Positions 1-10,274 of a stretch of 64,000 nt of DNA are shown one piece after another (position 1 is the stretch's first letter; every line of letters begins with the position of its first letter). This DNA is from Alphaproteobacteria bacterium. Its GTDB lineage: Bacteria; Pseudomonadota; Alphaproteobacteria; UBA828. Position numbers and translations under genes: made by a program. A model generated the notes under the pieces. That model made no database searches. It worked only from the letters and a program-made list of their open reading frames with translations, and was not told where the DNA came from. The stretch is taken from assembly GCA_965221125.1 (NCBI GenBank), contig CBDCRW010000004.1:928001-992000 (forward strand). Direction: 5' to 3'.

Positions 1-1204
1 AGAAGACCACCGCGACGCTGACCGCGCCAAGCAGCCATAGCCCCGCGTCGAACCCGCCCGTGAGGTCCGACGCCGCGCCGATCGCGAGCGGCCCCAGTAC
101 GCCGCCGATTTCCGCCGCCGAGAAGAAGAGCCCGACCGCTGCCCCGGTGTTGCGGGGATCGACGCCGCGCGATTCCATCAGCACCAGGATCAGCACGGCG
201 ATCAGCGAGCCCCGGCCGATGCCTTGCAGGATCATCGCCACCACCAGCGCCGGCGTGCCGGCCACCAGCAGCATCAGCGCGCCCGCGCCGCCGCAGAGCG
301 TCAGTCCGAACAGGATCGCAAAGCGCCGGGACGGAGTCGCATGGCGCGGGATCAGCAGCGCGCCGACGATGCCGATGGCGGTGGGCACCGCCGACCAGAT
401 GCCGGCGACATCCGGCGCCATGCCGCCCGTGCGCAGGATCTCCGGCAGCCAGTTGCTGAGCGCGTGATGGAAGAAGAAGGCGCCGATGCCGATGGCGAGG
501 ATGACCTGGATGTTCGGCAGGCGCAGCAGCGTGGCGAAGACCGCCATCTGGCCCGCGATGGTCTCGCGGTGGCGCCCGGCGCTCTCCACCACGCGGTTGA
601 TGGGGTGGCTCCCCAGCAGGAACCAGGCGAGGCCGGTGGCGAGGATGAAGCCCGCGTAGATCAGCAGCACATGGCGCCAGTTCCCGCCCGTGAGCGGCAT
701 CAGGACGCTGTTGGTCAGCATCAGCGCCAGCATGTTGCCGAGCGCGGGGCCGGTGATGTAGACGCCCATGGCGAAGCCGCGCTCCGCGCCCTGGAACCAC
801 TGCGCGATCGCCTTCGGCGCACCGATGGAGATGAGCGGACCGCCGATGCCGAAGAGCCCGACGGCCACGAACAGCGTCGCCCCGTCGAAGGCCACGGCGC
901 GCAAGCCCCCCGACGCGCCGATGACGAGCACCGCGAGGAACAGCGACCACTTCAGGCCCACGCGGTCGACGAAGGCGCCGCAGGGCGCGGCGGCGACGAT
1001 GTAGACCAGCGGCCAGGCGCCCAGGATGGCGCCCATGGTGGTGTAGCTGAGGCCGAGGTCGCGGCTGATGGGGTCGACCAGCGGCGCCATCGCCACCGAG
1101 AGCAGGCCGAAGCCGAAGTAGATCAGCCACACGCCCCCCAGCATGGCCCAGCGGTAGCCATGCTCGTGCGGCGGCACGCCGGGCGACGGGTCGGCGGGCC
1201 GCAC
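1..1204 (-). CDS. MFS transporter (CynX/NimT-like), runs off the left edge
   Basis: Manual minus-strand translation: YRWAMLGGVWLIYFGFGLLSVAMAPLVDPISRDLGLSYTTMGAILGAWPLVY...GAFVDRVGLK (MFS motif A-like), many TM segments. GTG start at 1204 is tentative. Confidence 0.8.
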   Translation of the reverse strand, partial: MRPADPSPGVPPHEHGYRWAMLGGVWLIYFGFGLLSVAMAPLVDPISRDLGLSYTTMGAILGAWPLVYIVAAAPCGAFVDRVGLKWSLFLAVLVIGASGGLRAVAFDGATLFVAVGLFGIGGPLISIGAPKAIAQWFQGAERGFAMGVYITGPALGNMLALMLTNSVLMPLTGGNWRHVLLIYAGFILATGLAWFLLGSHPINRVVESAGRHRETIAGQMAVFATLLRLPNIQVILAIGIGAFFFHHALSNWLPEILRTGGMAPDVAGIWSAVPTAIGIVGALLIPRHATPSRRFAILFGLTLCGGAGALMLLVAGTPALVVAMILQGIGRGSLIAVLILVLMESRGVDPRNTGAAVGLFFSAAEIGGVLGPLAIGAASDLTGGFDAGLWLLGAVSVAVVF

Positions 1205-1237
1205 GCGCTGATGCGGGTGTCGGCGGTGCTGCGGCCG

Positions 1238-1813
1238 TCAGCCGCGCAGCCAGGTCTCGGACCAGGCCAGGCAGCTCGAGCTCGACGGGTGCCCGAACAT
1301 GACGTTCTCGTAAGCCGCGCCCTGAGCGCGCGTTCCCGCGACGTCCAGCGTCGCGGTGCGGCACGGTATGAGGCAGCTGTAAACCGCCCACGGGCCGGTG
1401 TCGGGATTGTCCGGCGGGAGCGTCAGCATGAAGGGCTCGCCCATGTCGGACCAGCTCAGCTCGATCCGCCCGTCGGCCGAGTCCACGATCTCGCGATAGC
1501 TGGAGCGGTAGGCGCCTTCGCGCGAGAACGCGGCTTCGGCGATGGGCATGGCGGTATCGGCGAAGGGCGGGTTCAAGATCGCCTCCAGCTCGCCCTGGAG
1601 CCAGCGCGCCATCCCGACGTTGTCGGCGTAGAGCTTCACTTCGCCGCCGGTGGCGTCGGAGCGGAGGAAGAGGCAGGTGCCCGGCCCGGACGGCGAGATC
1701 AACGTGCGCCAGTGGGCGACGACGGTGGTCTCATCCCCGTCGGCCTCGGCCTTGAGCCGCATGAACGAGTTCTCTCCGGTGAAGTGAATCTTGTTGGGAT
1801 CGATGGCGGTCAT
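1238..1813 (-). CDS. hypothetical protein (191 aa)
   Basis: ORF with GGAGG RBS and host-like codon usage; co-oriented with the MFS gene. Confidence 0.7.
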   Translation of the reverse strand: MTAIDPNKIHFTGENSFMRLKAEADGDETTVVAHWRTLISPSGPGTCLFLRSDATGGEVKLYADNVGMARWLQGELEAILNPPFADTAMPIAEAAFSREGAYRSSYREIVDSADGRIELSWSDMGEPFMLTLPPDNPDTGPWAVYSCLIPCRTATLDVAGTRAQGAAYENVMFGHPSSSSCLAWSETWLRG

Positions 1814-1905
1814 TTCGGTGCACCTCCCTTTGTGCGATACCCGGAGCTTAAGGCCGCAGGCGCCGGATGCGAAAGGTCCGTGGCGGCGATGCAGGGGAGA
1901 GAAGC

Positions 1906-2946
1906 ATGACGGGCAACCACGTCGATCTCAGGAGCGACACGGTGACGCGGCCGACGGCGGCCATGCGCGAGGCCATGGCCGGGGCCGAGGTCGGCGACGA
2001 GCAGCGGGGCGAGGACCCGTCCACCAACGCGCTCCAGGCGCGCGTCGCCGCGCTGCTGGGCAAGGAGGCTTCTGTCTTCCTGCCCTCCGGCACCATGTGC
2101 AACGAGATCGCGCTGCTGGTCCATTGCCGCCCCGGCGAGGAGGTGATCTGCGACCGCACCGCCCACATCATCACGGCGGAAGGCGGCGGCCCGGCGGCGC
2201 TCGCCGGCGCCATGGTCCGCGCGCTGGACGGCGAGGCCGGGGTGTATTCGCCGGAGCAGCTCGCCGGCGCGGTCCGCGCCGTCAACCGCTACGCGCCGCG
2301 CTCGCGGCTCGCGGTGGTGGAGCAGACCTCGAACCAGGGAGGCGGCACGATCTGGCCGCTCGAGACCATCGAGGCGGTGGGCGAGACGGCGAAGGCGCAC
2401 GGCCTGCTGCTCCACATGGACGGCGCGCGGCTCTTCAACGCGGTGGTGGAGACGGGGGTGGACGCCGCGCGCTACGCCGCCCCCTTCGATTCGCTCTGGG
2501 TCGACTTCAGCAAGGGGCTCGGCTGCCCGGTGGGCGCCGTCCTCGCCGGCTCCGCCGAATTCATCGAGGCCGCGTGGCAGTGGAAGCAGCGCCTCGGCGG
2601 GTCCATGCGCCAATCCGGCATCGTCGCCGCGGCCGCATCCTACGCGCTCGACCACCACGTCGCGCGGCTTGCCGAGGATCACGCCAACGCCCGCGCCCTC
2701 GCCGATGCCGTGCGCGCGCTGCCCCGGCTCTCCCTCGACCAGCCGCGCGTCGACAGCAACCTCGTCTTCTTCGATTGCGCCGCGACCGGGCTCAGCGCCG
2801 CGGCGCTCTCGGACGCGCTCAAGACCAGGGGTGTGCTGATCGGCGCCATGGGCCCGCATCGCTTGCGCGCGGTCACGCACCTCGATGTCGATGCGGCGGC
2901 CGTGGCCGAGGCCGGCGAGGCGCTGCAGGCCGTGGTCGGCGAGTAG
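1906..2946 (+). CDS. ltaE: low-specificity L-threonine aldolase
   Basis: DLRSDTVTRPT, PSGTMCN, HMDGARLFNA, DFSKGLGCPVG (PLP lysine) motifs. Confidence 0.9.
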   Translation: MTGNHVDLRSDTVTRPTAAMREAMAGAEVGDEQRGEDPSTNALQARVAALLGKEASVFLPSGTMCNEIALLVHCRPGEEVICDRTAHIITAEGGGPAALAGAMVRALDGEAGVYSPEQLAGAVRAVNRYAPRSRLAVVEQTSNQGGGTIWPLETIEAVGETAKAHGLLLHMDGARLFNAVVETGVDAARYAAPFDSLWVDFSKGLGCPVGAVLAGSAEFIEAAWQWKQRLGGSMRQSGIVAAAASYALDHHVARLAEDHANARALADAVRALPRLSLDQPRVDSNLVFFDCAATGLSAAALSDALKTRGVLIGAMGPHRLRAVTHLDVDAAAVAEAGEALQAVVGE

Positions 2947-2965
2947 GGGGCGGTCGCCCCGCCCC

Positions 2966-3580
2966 TCAGCGCAGGTAGAGCGCCAGGTACTGGCGGATCG
3001 CCGTCTCCTGGCTGGCATTGTAGTCGTGGAGCAGCGCCGCGATGACCGCGTCGTAGACCCGATCGCGCTCGATCAGCGTGATGCCCTCCGCCAGCGTGCG
3101 GGAGCGCGAGGCTTGCGCGGTGGCGCTGCCGTTGACCTCGCCGTTGTGGTCGATCGCCTCGATGGTGACGCGAAGCCTCACGTCCAGGCGCTCGGCCTGC
3201 TCCTTGGTGAAGATGTCCTCGAATTCGATGTCGGTCTCCAGCAGGGTCAGCCTGGCGCTGGCCTCCTCCACCGTGACCCGCAGTGCACCCACGGTGCCCC
3301 TCGCCCGCAGCCTGTCGTTCACCCAGATCCCGATCGCGGTGGCGGGCGAGGTCGGCAGGAGGTGATCGACGTCGTCTGGGTGCGGCGCGGCCGGGCGCTC
3401 CACGACCTCGATCCGGTCAAGGTCGAAGACCAGCGGCGGCAGCGCGGCGAAGGAGGGGGGCGTGCTCTCGTAGCGCTGCGGCGGTGTATCGCAGCCAGCG
3501 GCGACGACCGCCACGGCGAGCAGCGCGGCCGCGGCCAGGCCCAGGTGGCCGAGCCTGCCGCGCACCGTCTCGATCCCCAT
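2966..3580 (-). CDS. putative lipoprotein
   Basis: Hydrophobic signal with lipobox VAAGC; start uncertain (3580 or 3601). Confidence 0.7.
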   Translation of the reverse strand: MGIETVRGRLGHLGLAAAALLAVAVVAAGCDTPPQRYESTPPSFAALPPLVFDLDRIEVVERPAAPHPDDVDHLLPTSPATAIGIWVNDRLRARGTVGALRVTVEEASARLTLLETDIEFEDIFTKEQAERLDVRLRVTIEAIDHNGEVNGSATAQASRSRTLAEGITLIERDRVYDAVIAALLHDYNASQETAIRQYLALYLR

Positions 3581-3782
3581 CGCCAATCCCTTGCCGACCA
3601 TTGCCTGCCCCCTCGATCCAGAATCGTCGCGCGCGGCCGCGACTCGACCGGCGAGACTGCTGCCATAGGTGCGCACGGGGGCGCCGCAATTCAAGTCAGG
3701 GCAGGGGCGCAATGGCGACGAGGATTGGCTCGCTCGGCGCACGCTGCGCTACACTCGCCGGCGGGTGACAGGGGAGCGCGCC

Positions 3783-4586
3783 ATGCTGCCGACACAGGCC
3801 GAGATCGACGCCTATCATGCCGACGGCGTGGTCTGCCTGCGTGGCGCCATCGCCCCGGAGTGGATCGCGTGCCTGCGCGACGGCGTCGCCGCCGACATGG
3901 CCGAGCCCGGCCCCAACGTCGAAATCTATACGGAGGCATCGGACCCCGGCCTCTTCTTCAACGATTTCGACCTCTGGCGTCACGTGCCGCAGATGAAGGA
4001 ATTTGCGCTCGAGGGGCCGTGCGCCGCGATCGCCGCCGCGCTCTCGGGCTCGTCCGCGATCACCTTCTTCTACGACCAGATCTTCGTGAAGGAGCCGGGC
4101 ACCGAGGGCCTCACCCGCTGGCACCAGGACCAGCCCTACATGGCGGTGGACGGCGCGCAGCTATGCTCCAACTGGATCCCGCTCGACCCCATCAGGCCGG
4201 AGACGACGCTGGAGTTCGTGCGGGGCTCGCACCGCTGGGGGCGCTGGTTCGCGCCCTTCGACAGCATGCTGGACGGCACGCGCCACCCCGGCACCGTGTT
4301 CGAGCGCTGCCCGGACATCGAGGCCGCGCGCGGGGACTACGACATCGTCTCGTGGGAGCTGGAGCCGGGGGACTGCATCTTCTTCCAGGGGCTGATCGTG
4401 CACCAGGGCCGCAACAACCCGACGGAAAGCACGCGGCGCCGCACCGTCACCCACCGCTGGCTCGGCGACGACGTGCGCTTCATCCTGCGCGACCCGCCGG
4501 CCGAGTTCCCGAAGCATCCCACCGCGCTCCGCACCGGCCAGCCCTTCCACGAGGACCCGCAATACCCGGTCGTCTGGCGCGCGTGA
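3783..4586 (+). CDS. phytanoyl-CoA dioxygenase (PhyH) family 2OG-Fe(II) oxygenase
   Basis: KEPG...TRWHQD, WIPLD, GSHRW, PGDCIFF...VH motifs. Confidence 0.85.
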   Translation: MLPTQAEIDAYHADGVVCLRGAIAPEWIACLRDGVAADMAEPGPNVEIYTEASDPGLFFNDFDLWRHVPQMKEFALEGPCAAIAAALSGSSAITFFYDQIFVKEPGTEGLTRWHQDQPYMAVDGAQLCSNWIPLDPIRPETTLEFVRGSHRWGRWFAPFDSMLDGTRHPGTVFERCPDIEAARGDYDIVSWELEPGDCIFFQGLIVHQGRNNPTESTRRRTVTHRWLGDDVRFILRDPPAEFPKHPTALRTGQPFHEDPQYPVVWRA

Positions 4587-4647
4587 GCGCTTTCGGACGG
4601 CCGAGACATTATGTTAGGGACGGCGCACGGCCACGGAGGAGCGGGCG

Positions 4648-5307
4648 ATGAGCGGTGAATTGGTCATGGTGCACACGGTGGCGCCCCTTGCCGACCTGTT
4701 CGACGAGCTGCGGGCCGAGATCGACCCCGGCGTGCCGGTTCGCCACGTGGTGCAGGCGGCGCTGCTCAACGACGCCATCGACGCGGGCCGGCTCACGGAC
4801 GAGATCAGGGCGCGCACCTGCCGGGCGTTGCTGGAGGCGACGGAAGGCGCCGGGCTCGTGCTGTGCACCTGCTCGACGGTGGGCCCCGGCGCCGACGACG
4901 CGGCCCTGCAGTCCGGCGTGCCGGTCCTGCGGGTCGACCGGCCCATGGCGGAGGCGGCGGTGGAAGCCGGGCGGCGCATCACCGTGGCGGCGACGCTCGC
5001 CACCACCATCGAGCCCACCGCCAGCCTCGTGGCGGACGCCGCACGCCGCGCCGGCAAGGAGGTCGAGATCGGCTCGGTGGTGTTCGCCGAAGCCCGCGCC
5101 AGGCTCGTGGCGGGCGACGCCGAGGGCCACGAGCGCATCATCGCCGACGGCCTGCACGAAGCCGCGTCCTCGGCCGACGCCATCGTGCTGGCGCAGGCCT
5201 CCATGACGCCGGCGCTCGCGCGCTGCGCCGGCATTTCGATCCCGCTGCTCACCAGCCCGCGCTCAGGACTGGAGGCCGCCATCGCCCGCTGGCGCGCGGC
5301 GGCGTAG
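4648..5307 (+). CDS. Asp/Glu/hydantoin racemase-like protein
   Basis: LCTCSTVG, RVDRPMAE, ATLATT, VLAQASM, LTSP motifs. Confidence 0.7.
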   Translation: MSGELVMVHTVAPLADLFDELRAEIDPGVPVRHVVQAALLNDAIDAGRLTDEIRARTCRALLEATEGAGLVLCTCSTVGPGADDAALQSGVPVLRVDRPMAEAAVEAGRRITVAATLATTIEPTASLVADAARRAGKEVEIGSVVFAEARARLVAGDAEGHERIIADGLHEAASSADAIVLAQASMTPALARCAGISIPLLTSPRSGLEAAIARWRAAA

Positions 5308-5327
5308 CGGGGCGACGGGGGGCGCAC

Positions 5328-5810
5328 ATGCCCGCGGCCAAGACGCTTTACCTCGCGAACCCCTACGGCTTCTCCGCCCAGCAGAAGGACGGGCCGCTGC
5401 AGGCGCTGGTCGCGGCGCTGGAGGGGCTCGGCGCCGAGGTCTGGGAGCCCTTCGCCCGCAACAACCAGGTCGACAAGGCCGCCGCCGGCTGGGCCTGGCG
5501 CATCGGCCAGGCGGACCTGCGGGACGTACGCGACGCCGACGGCATCTTCGCCGTGGTGAACGGGTGCCCGCCGGATGAAGGGGTGATGGTGGAGCTCGGC
5601 ATGGCGATCGCCTGGGGGAAGGCGGTGTTCCTCTTCCGCGACGATTTTCGGCGCTGCACCGACAGCGAGGCCTATCCGCTCAACCTGATGGTCTTCACCG
5701 GGCTGCCGGAGCAGGGCTGGGAGGCGTATTGGTACGCCTCGGCGGACGAGATCGCCGATCCCGACAAGGCGCTCGCGCGCTGGCTCAGGGAGGACGGTGC
5801 GCCGGGCTGA
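5328..5810 (+). CDS. nucleoside 2-deoxyribosyltransferase family protein
   Basis: YLANPYGFS, DEGVMVELGMAIA, NLMV motifs. Confidence 0.85.
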   Translation: MPAAKTLYLANPYGFSAQQKDGPLQALVAALEGLGAEVWEPFARNNQVDKAAAGWAWRIGQADLRDVRDADGIFAVVNGCPPDEGVMVELGMAIAWGKAVFLFRDDFRRCTDSEAYPLNLMVFTGLPEQGWEAYWYASADEIADPDKALARWLREDGAPG

Positions 5811-5877
5811 GCCGGGCCGAGCCGTCAGGCCCGGACGGCGCAAGCGCCCGGCGACCGCGGGAAATGAGTAGAAACTG

Positions 5878-5898
5878 CCGGACGGCGTCGCCGTCCGG
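5878..5898. terminator. hairpin between convergent genes
   Basis: CCGGACGGC-gtc-GCCGTCCGG perfect 9-bp stem. Confidence 0.45.
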
Positions 5899-6342
5899 TC
5901 ACTCCACGCGAGTCCAGGTCTCGGTCTTGCAGACGAACCACACGCAGCCGCTCACCTTGACCGTGTTCGCATCGACGAGTTCGAGCTCCGCGTCGTAGGT
6001 CCCGCCGTCCCTGGCATTGTAGACCTCGCCGTCTTCCCACTGGCCGCCGCCCTGATCCTCCAGGTCAAACAGCATCTGGATGCCCAGCACCGGCCGGTCG
6101 CGGAGGGATTCGTCCTCGTTCTCGACGTCCCGCCTCGGCTTGCCGTCCTTGCCGAGCGGACTCTTGAGCCAGACGATCTCGCCGCACAGTTCGTCGCCGT
6201 TGCAGGAATAGAGCTTTACGTGCGCGTCCTGCGGCTCGTTGAGCCAGACGCCATAGGGGTCTGCCGCGAGCGCACCGCTCGTGATACCGCCAACGATCAG
6301 CGCACCCGCCAGCACGCTGCATGTCTTGATCCGTCCCGTCAT
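5899..6342 (-). CDS. DUF2147 family secreted protein
   Basis: Signal peptide; G-x-W, LCGEIVWL, D-x-x-N, W-x-x-G-x-VYNARDG-x-TY, GC...CKTETWTR pattern. Confidence 0.85.
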   Translation of the reverse strand: MTGRIKTCSVLAGALIVGGITSGALAADPYGVWLNEPQDAHVKLYSCNGDELCGEIVWLKSPLGKDGKPRRDVENEDESLRDRPVLGIQMLFDLEDQGGGQWEDGEVYNARDGGTYDAELELVDANTVKVSGCVWFVCKTETWTRVE

Positions 6343-6601
6343 CTCGCCAGCCTCCGTCCTCGCCCATGGTCGGCCTACGCCCCTCCAGAATAGCCGACCG
6401 CGCGCGCTACTGGCAGCCCGAAGCTTGGGGCCATCGAGAGGGGGGCTCCGCTGTCTCCCTGGGTCCGCGCCCTTCAGCCGCACGAAACGCTACGCCCATA
6501 CGGTCCGCCGATCCCAACGGATAAACCAATTGAACATATTAGTTTTTGTGTTATATCTATTTTGATACATTAAGTTTAGGGCAGGTGGAGACAGAGGGGG
6601 C

Positions 6602-8632
6602 ATGCCGATGGTGGCCGGTAGGCAAGCGGAGAGCAGCGCCGTGGGGCTCTCGGGCGAGGACAACGACATGCGCTCGAAGAACGGGGTAGCACAGTACATG
6701 CACTCGCCATTGGGGCGCATGGCACTGCTGATCAACACCAGCCGCGTCCGCAACATGTCGGACGCAACCGGCAACCGGTTCTACGAGTCCTGGCGCGTCT
6801 TGCGAGCACTTGCCACGCTGGTCGGCCTTCGCCACTTCGCGCGTGCACACGGCCTTCGGCTGAAACTAGTACCGGTCAGCTCAATACCTAGGCCTTCCAT
6901 GATCGCCTTCCCGCTAGTACTGGTATCAGCTTGTCTAATGTTGCCTTCGTGTGAAAAAACAGAAAGGTCGGGAACAACATTCCGAACATTCTCGGCTATT
7001 GAAGGGGAAAGCATCTCTATCGATGCCCATCAGAGAGCCATTATCACTACAGAGGTTCGTGACGAGAGTGGCCAATCTCGCCTCATATATTGCGCCGAGC
7101 CGAGTCCCGACGCTTTTGCAAGTATAAACTCGACATTAAATCGTTCGATAGCAGCTGAGGTGGAGAACAGGGGAGAAATATCCGCGGAAAATATAGAGAC
7201 TTTAACATCCGCAGCTTCCAATGCACTCAATGCTCGCAACGCCACTATTCAGCTTCTTAGGGACGGACTGTACCGAGCCTGCGAGGCTTATGCTACAGGC
7301 GCGTTAAGCAAAAATGAGTACGTCGGAATAGTTGGCCAATATCAAAATGTTATATTGGCTCTTCTATCTGTAGAGCTACTAACTACTATCAATAGGCGCG
7401 AGGAAAATGGTTCTGAGCCAGGAACTCCTGAAGCGGGTGCTTCTAAAAAAGGCACTTCGGATTACGGTTTTACAGGTCTTGGCGAAACGTCGATTGCAGA
7501 AATAGCTCAGACGGCAGAAGACCTTGTACTGCGCGTGTTAGACATCGAACGGGAAAGGGCACTACAGCCACGCTTCGCCGAGTGCGTTCAGCGGACGCGT
7601 CACGACGACTCAGAACTTAGCGAAAGCTTATCTCGTTGGTGTGAGATTATGCTAAAGCACATTGCAAAGGAAAGCGTAAGTAGAGGGGACGATTCGGGTC
7701 CAACACTGGATGACTTGGCAGAAGCGCTGGTCAATCCGGAGGGTGATGTTCATGTCGGAGAGCCATACCAAGTGAGTCTTAAGCAGGACGATCACCTGAA
7801 GGTTTATGACTGGACTAATGTAACTAACGCGGTTTATGAGATAGATCTAATAGATAAATCTCCGATAACTGTTGGCGATCCAGCTCTTATAATTGTCAAA
7901 GCTGAAACTTCTGAAATAATAAATAGCGATGATGACTCGGGAAATGGGTTAAACGCAAATATTACTATGCAGTTTGCGCCGGGCACATACCAAATTCTGG
8001 TTATCAACAATGCCGAGGAAGGCACTGCCACGTTCGAGTTGCTCATAACGCAAGCCCAAGAACAGGACGCAGCTGATCGCGAGGCGCACGTAGACACGCA
8101 GTCGAATGCGGAAACTGTGTCTACAAATGGGGCAAGCAATGTATACCAGGAAGGTGAAGCGGGGGACGAGTCCGTAGACTCGATTGGGTCGCTTGAAGAC
8201 TTGATAGAAGCGCTGGCCAATCCGGACGGTAACGCTTTTATCGAAAGGCCGGTTAAAGTGAGTCTTGACAAAGGTGAACACTTAAAGGTTTACAATTGGA
8301 CTAACGAGTCAGACGCGATTTATGAAATAAGTCTAATTGATCAATCTGTTTTAAGTGTGGGAGATCCGGCGCTCATAGTTATCAATGCCGATACTGCTGA
8401 AATATTGGCTGATGATGATGACTCTGGAACCGGACTAAACGCGGTAATTTCTATGAGGTTTGCCCCAGCGGACTATCAGTTGCTGATCGTCAACCATGCC
8501 CAGGATTCGACCGCTGCGTTCGAGTTGGTTATAAGGCAAGTCGAAGGTCAGAGCGAACGAGATCGCGAAGCACGCGCAAGCGCGCTGTCTCGTGCGAAAG
8601 GAGTGTCTCCAGGTGAGGACGGCAACGTATAG
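6602..8632 (+). CDS. low-GC putative lipoprotein with two tandem PPC-like beta-sandwich domains
   Basis: 676-aa ORF. Lipobox-like LMLPSC after Met at 6899 (likely true start), YCAEPSPDA...IQLLRDGLYRACEAY domain, then two about 115-aa repeats with GDP...DDDSG-x-GLNA. Confidence 0.7.
   Translation: MPMVAGRQAESSAVGLSGEDNDMRSKNGVAQYMHSPLGRMALLINTSRVRNMSDATGNRFYESWRVLRALATLVGLRHFARAHGLRLKLVPVSSIPRPSMIAFPLVLVSACLMLPSCEKTERSGTTFRTFSAIEGESISIDAHQRAIITTEVRDESGQSRLIYCAEPSPDAFASINSTLNRSIAAEVENRGEISAENIETLTSAASNALNARNATIQLLRDGLYRACEAYATGALSKNEYVGIVGQYQNVILALLSVELLTTINRREENGSEPGTPEAGASKKGTSDYGFTGLGETSIAEIAQTAEDLVLRVLDIERERALQPRFAECVQRTRHDDSELSESLSRWCEIMLKHIAKESVSRGDDSGPTLDDLAEALVNPEGDVHVGEPYQVSLKQDDHLKVYDWTNVTNAVYEIDLIDKSPITVGDPALIIVKAETSEIINSDDDSGNGLNANITMQFAPGTYQILVINNAEEGTATFELLITQAQEQDAADREAHVDTQSNAETVSTNGASNVYQEGEAGDESVDSIGSLEDLIEALANPDGNAFIERPVKVSLDKGEHLKVYNWTNESDAIYEISLIDQSVLSVGDPALIVINADTAEILADDDDSGTGLNAVISMRFAPADYQLLIVNHAQDSTAAFELVIRQVEGQSERDREARASALSRAKGVSPGEDGNV
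7708..8540 (+). repeat. intragenic domain duplication (about 7708-8055 and 8192-8540)
   Basis: DDLAEALVNPEG...HLKVYDWTN...VGDPALI...DDDSGNGLNA...FELLITQ versus EDLIEALANPDG...HLKVYNWTN...VGDPALI...DDDSGTGLNA...FELVIRQ. Confidence 0.85.
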
Positions 8633-8903
8633 CAGGAAAGCGACTTGGATGACGGGATGGGTGAGCAAGCGCGAGATGTATTCAAGGATTCGCTGGCGGT
8701 CAGAACAGTAATGGTTGTTGAAAGGGAAACGTGACTGCAGTGCATAGCAAGTGAAGTAAGGGGTTCATCCCTATTTTTATACTCAAAGAGGGAAGCGACA
8801 CATCAAGCGAGACGGCTGAAACATCGATCAACGCAACGCGCCAACCTAGCGTTGCGTGGTCGGGTCGCGGTACGGTGCCGCCGAGCTATGACCGGAGGCG
8901 GGG

Positions 8904-10211
8904 ATGGCCGAGGACATTCTGACGGCCGACTTCAAGGCGACGCCGTATTGGTGGGACCTCGCGCCGAGACCTGAGCCGACCGAGGCCGCGCCGCCGGCGG
9001 ACGCCGAGACCGTGATCGTCGGCGCGGGCAACGTCGGGTTGTCTGCCGCGCTCACGCTCGCGCGCCGGGGCAGGCAAGCGCTGGTGCTCGACGCCGAGGC
9101 CGCCGGCCACGGCGCGAGCACGCGGAACGCCGGCTACCTCGGCCGGCAAGTCTGGCACAAGTACGGCCACATGGTGCCGACGCTCGGCCGCGAGCGCGCC
9201 GCCGAGGTCTGCCGCGCGGCGATCGCCGCCCACGACTACGCGTCCTCGCTCATCGAGCGGGAGCAGATCGCCTGCTTCTACCGCAACAGCGGGCGCTTCA
9301 TCGCGGCGCCGTCCAAGCGCGTGTTCGACGAGCTCGCGCGCGACCTCGCCATGATGCGGGAGGACGGCATCCCCGTTGACGCGGAGATGGTCGAGCCCGA
9401 AGACGAGCCGCCCGCCTACCGCAAGGGCCACTACCACGGCGGGCAGATCCTGCGCGGCAACGGCACGATCCACGCGGGCCTCTACCACGCCGGCCTGCTG
9501 GAGCGGGCCACGCGCGAGGGCGCCGTGATCGTCGACCACTGCCCGGTGCAGGCCATCGAGCGCTCAAGACACGGCTTCCGCATCGCGACGCCGCGCGGCA
9601 CGGTGAGGGCGGGCCACGTGATCGTGGCCACCAACGGCTACACGCCCAAGGCCGCGCAATGGCTGCGCCGGCGCGTGGTGCCGGTGGACGCCTTCATGAT
9701 CGCGACCGAGCCCTTAGGCACGGAGCGGGTCGAGCACATCGCGCCCGGCGCCAAGCCCATGGTCGAGCACCGCTACTCGCCCTGCTGGATCCGGCCCAAC
9801 GAGGACGGCACGCGCATCCTCTTCGGCGGTCTCAGCGCCGAGCCGCCGGCCGACCTCGAGCTGAAGGCGCGCACGCTCCGCGACGCCATGGTGCAGATCG
9901 TGCCCTCGCTCGACGGCGTGAAGATCAGCCATTGCTGGACCGGCAAGACCGCGTTCACCTTCGACATGATGCCCCATACCGGGAGCCACGACGGGGTCGA
10001 GTACGCCATGGGCTGGTGCGGCTCCGGCGTGCCCATGGGTACCTACCTCGGCCACAAGACCGCGCTCCGCGTGCTGGGCGATCCCGAGTCAAGGTCCGCC
10101 TTCGACGGGCGGCCCTTCCCGTCCGCGCCGTTCTACACCGGCTGGCCCTGGTTCCTGCCGCTCGCGGTGGCGTGGCATAAGCGCAAGGACCGCAAGCTGT
10201 TTAAGGGTTAG
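8904..10211 (+). CDS. FAD-dependent oxidoreductase (DAO/PuuB-like)
   Basis: IVGAGNVG, GASTRNAG, VATNGYT, GWCGSGV motifs. Confidence 0.85.
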   Translation: MAEDILTADFKATPYWWDLAPRPEPTEAAPPADAETVIVGAGNVGLSAALTLARRGRQALVLDAEAAGHGASTRNAGYLGRQVWHKYGHMVPTLGRERAAEVCRAAIAAHDYASSLIEREQIACFYRNSGRFIAAPSKRVFDELARDLAMMREDGIPVDAEMVEPEDEPPAYRKGHYHGGQILRGNGTIHAGLYHAGLLERATREGAVIVDHCPVQAIERSRHGFRIATPRGTVRAGHVIVATNGYTPKAAQWLRRRVVPVDAFMIATEPLGTERVEHIAPGAKPMVEHRYSPCWIRPNEDGTRILFGGLSAEPPADLELKARTLRDAMVQIVPSLDGVKISHCWTGKTAFTFDMMPHTGSHDGVEYAMGWCGSGVPMGTYLGHKTALRVLGDPESRSAFDGRPFPSAPFYTGWPWFLPLAVAWHKRKDRKLFKG

Positions 10212-10274
10212 ACTGCGCGCCCCATCACCCGCCCACGCGGGCCGAACCGCCGCGACCGTTGGCACACGCCGGAC

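Noticed and set aside
224-1909. Long alternative-frame or antisense ORFs (e.g. 224-1909, 11512-13773, 32591-34591, 45636-47597)
   Set aside because: Shadow ORFs of real high-GC genes; Arg/Gly/Pro-rich with no motifs.
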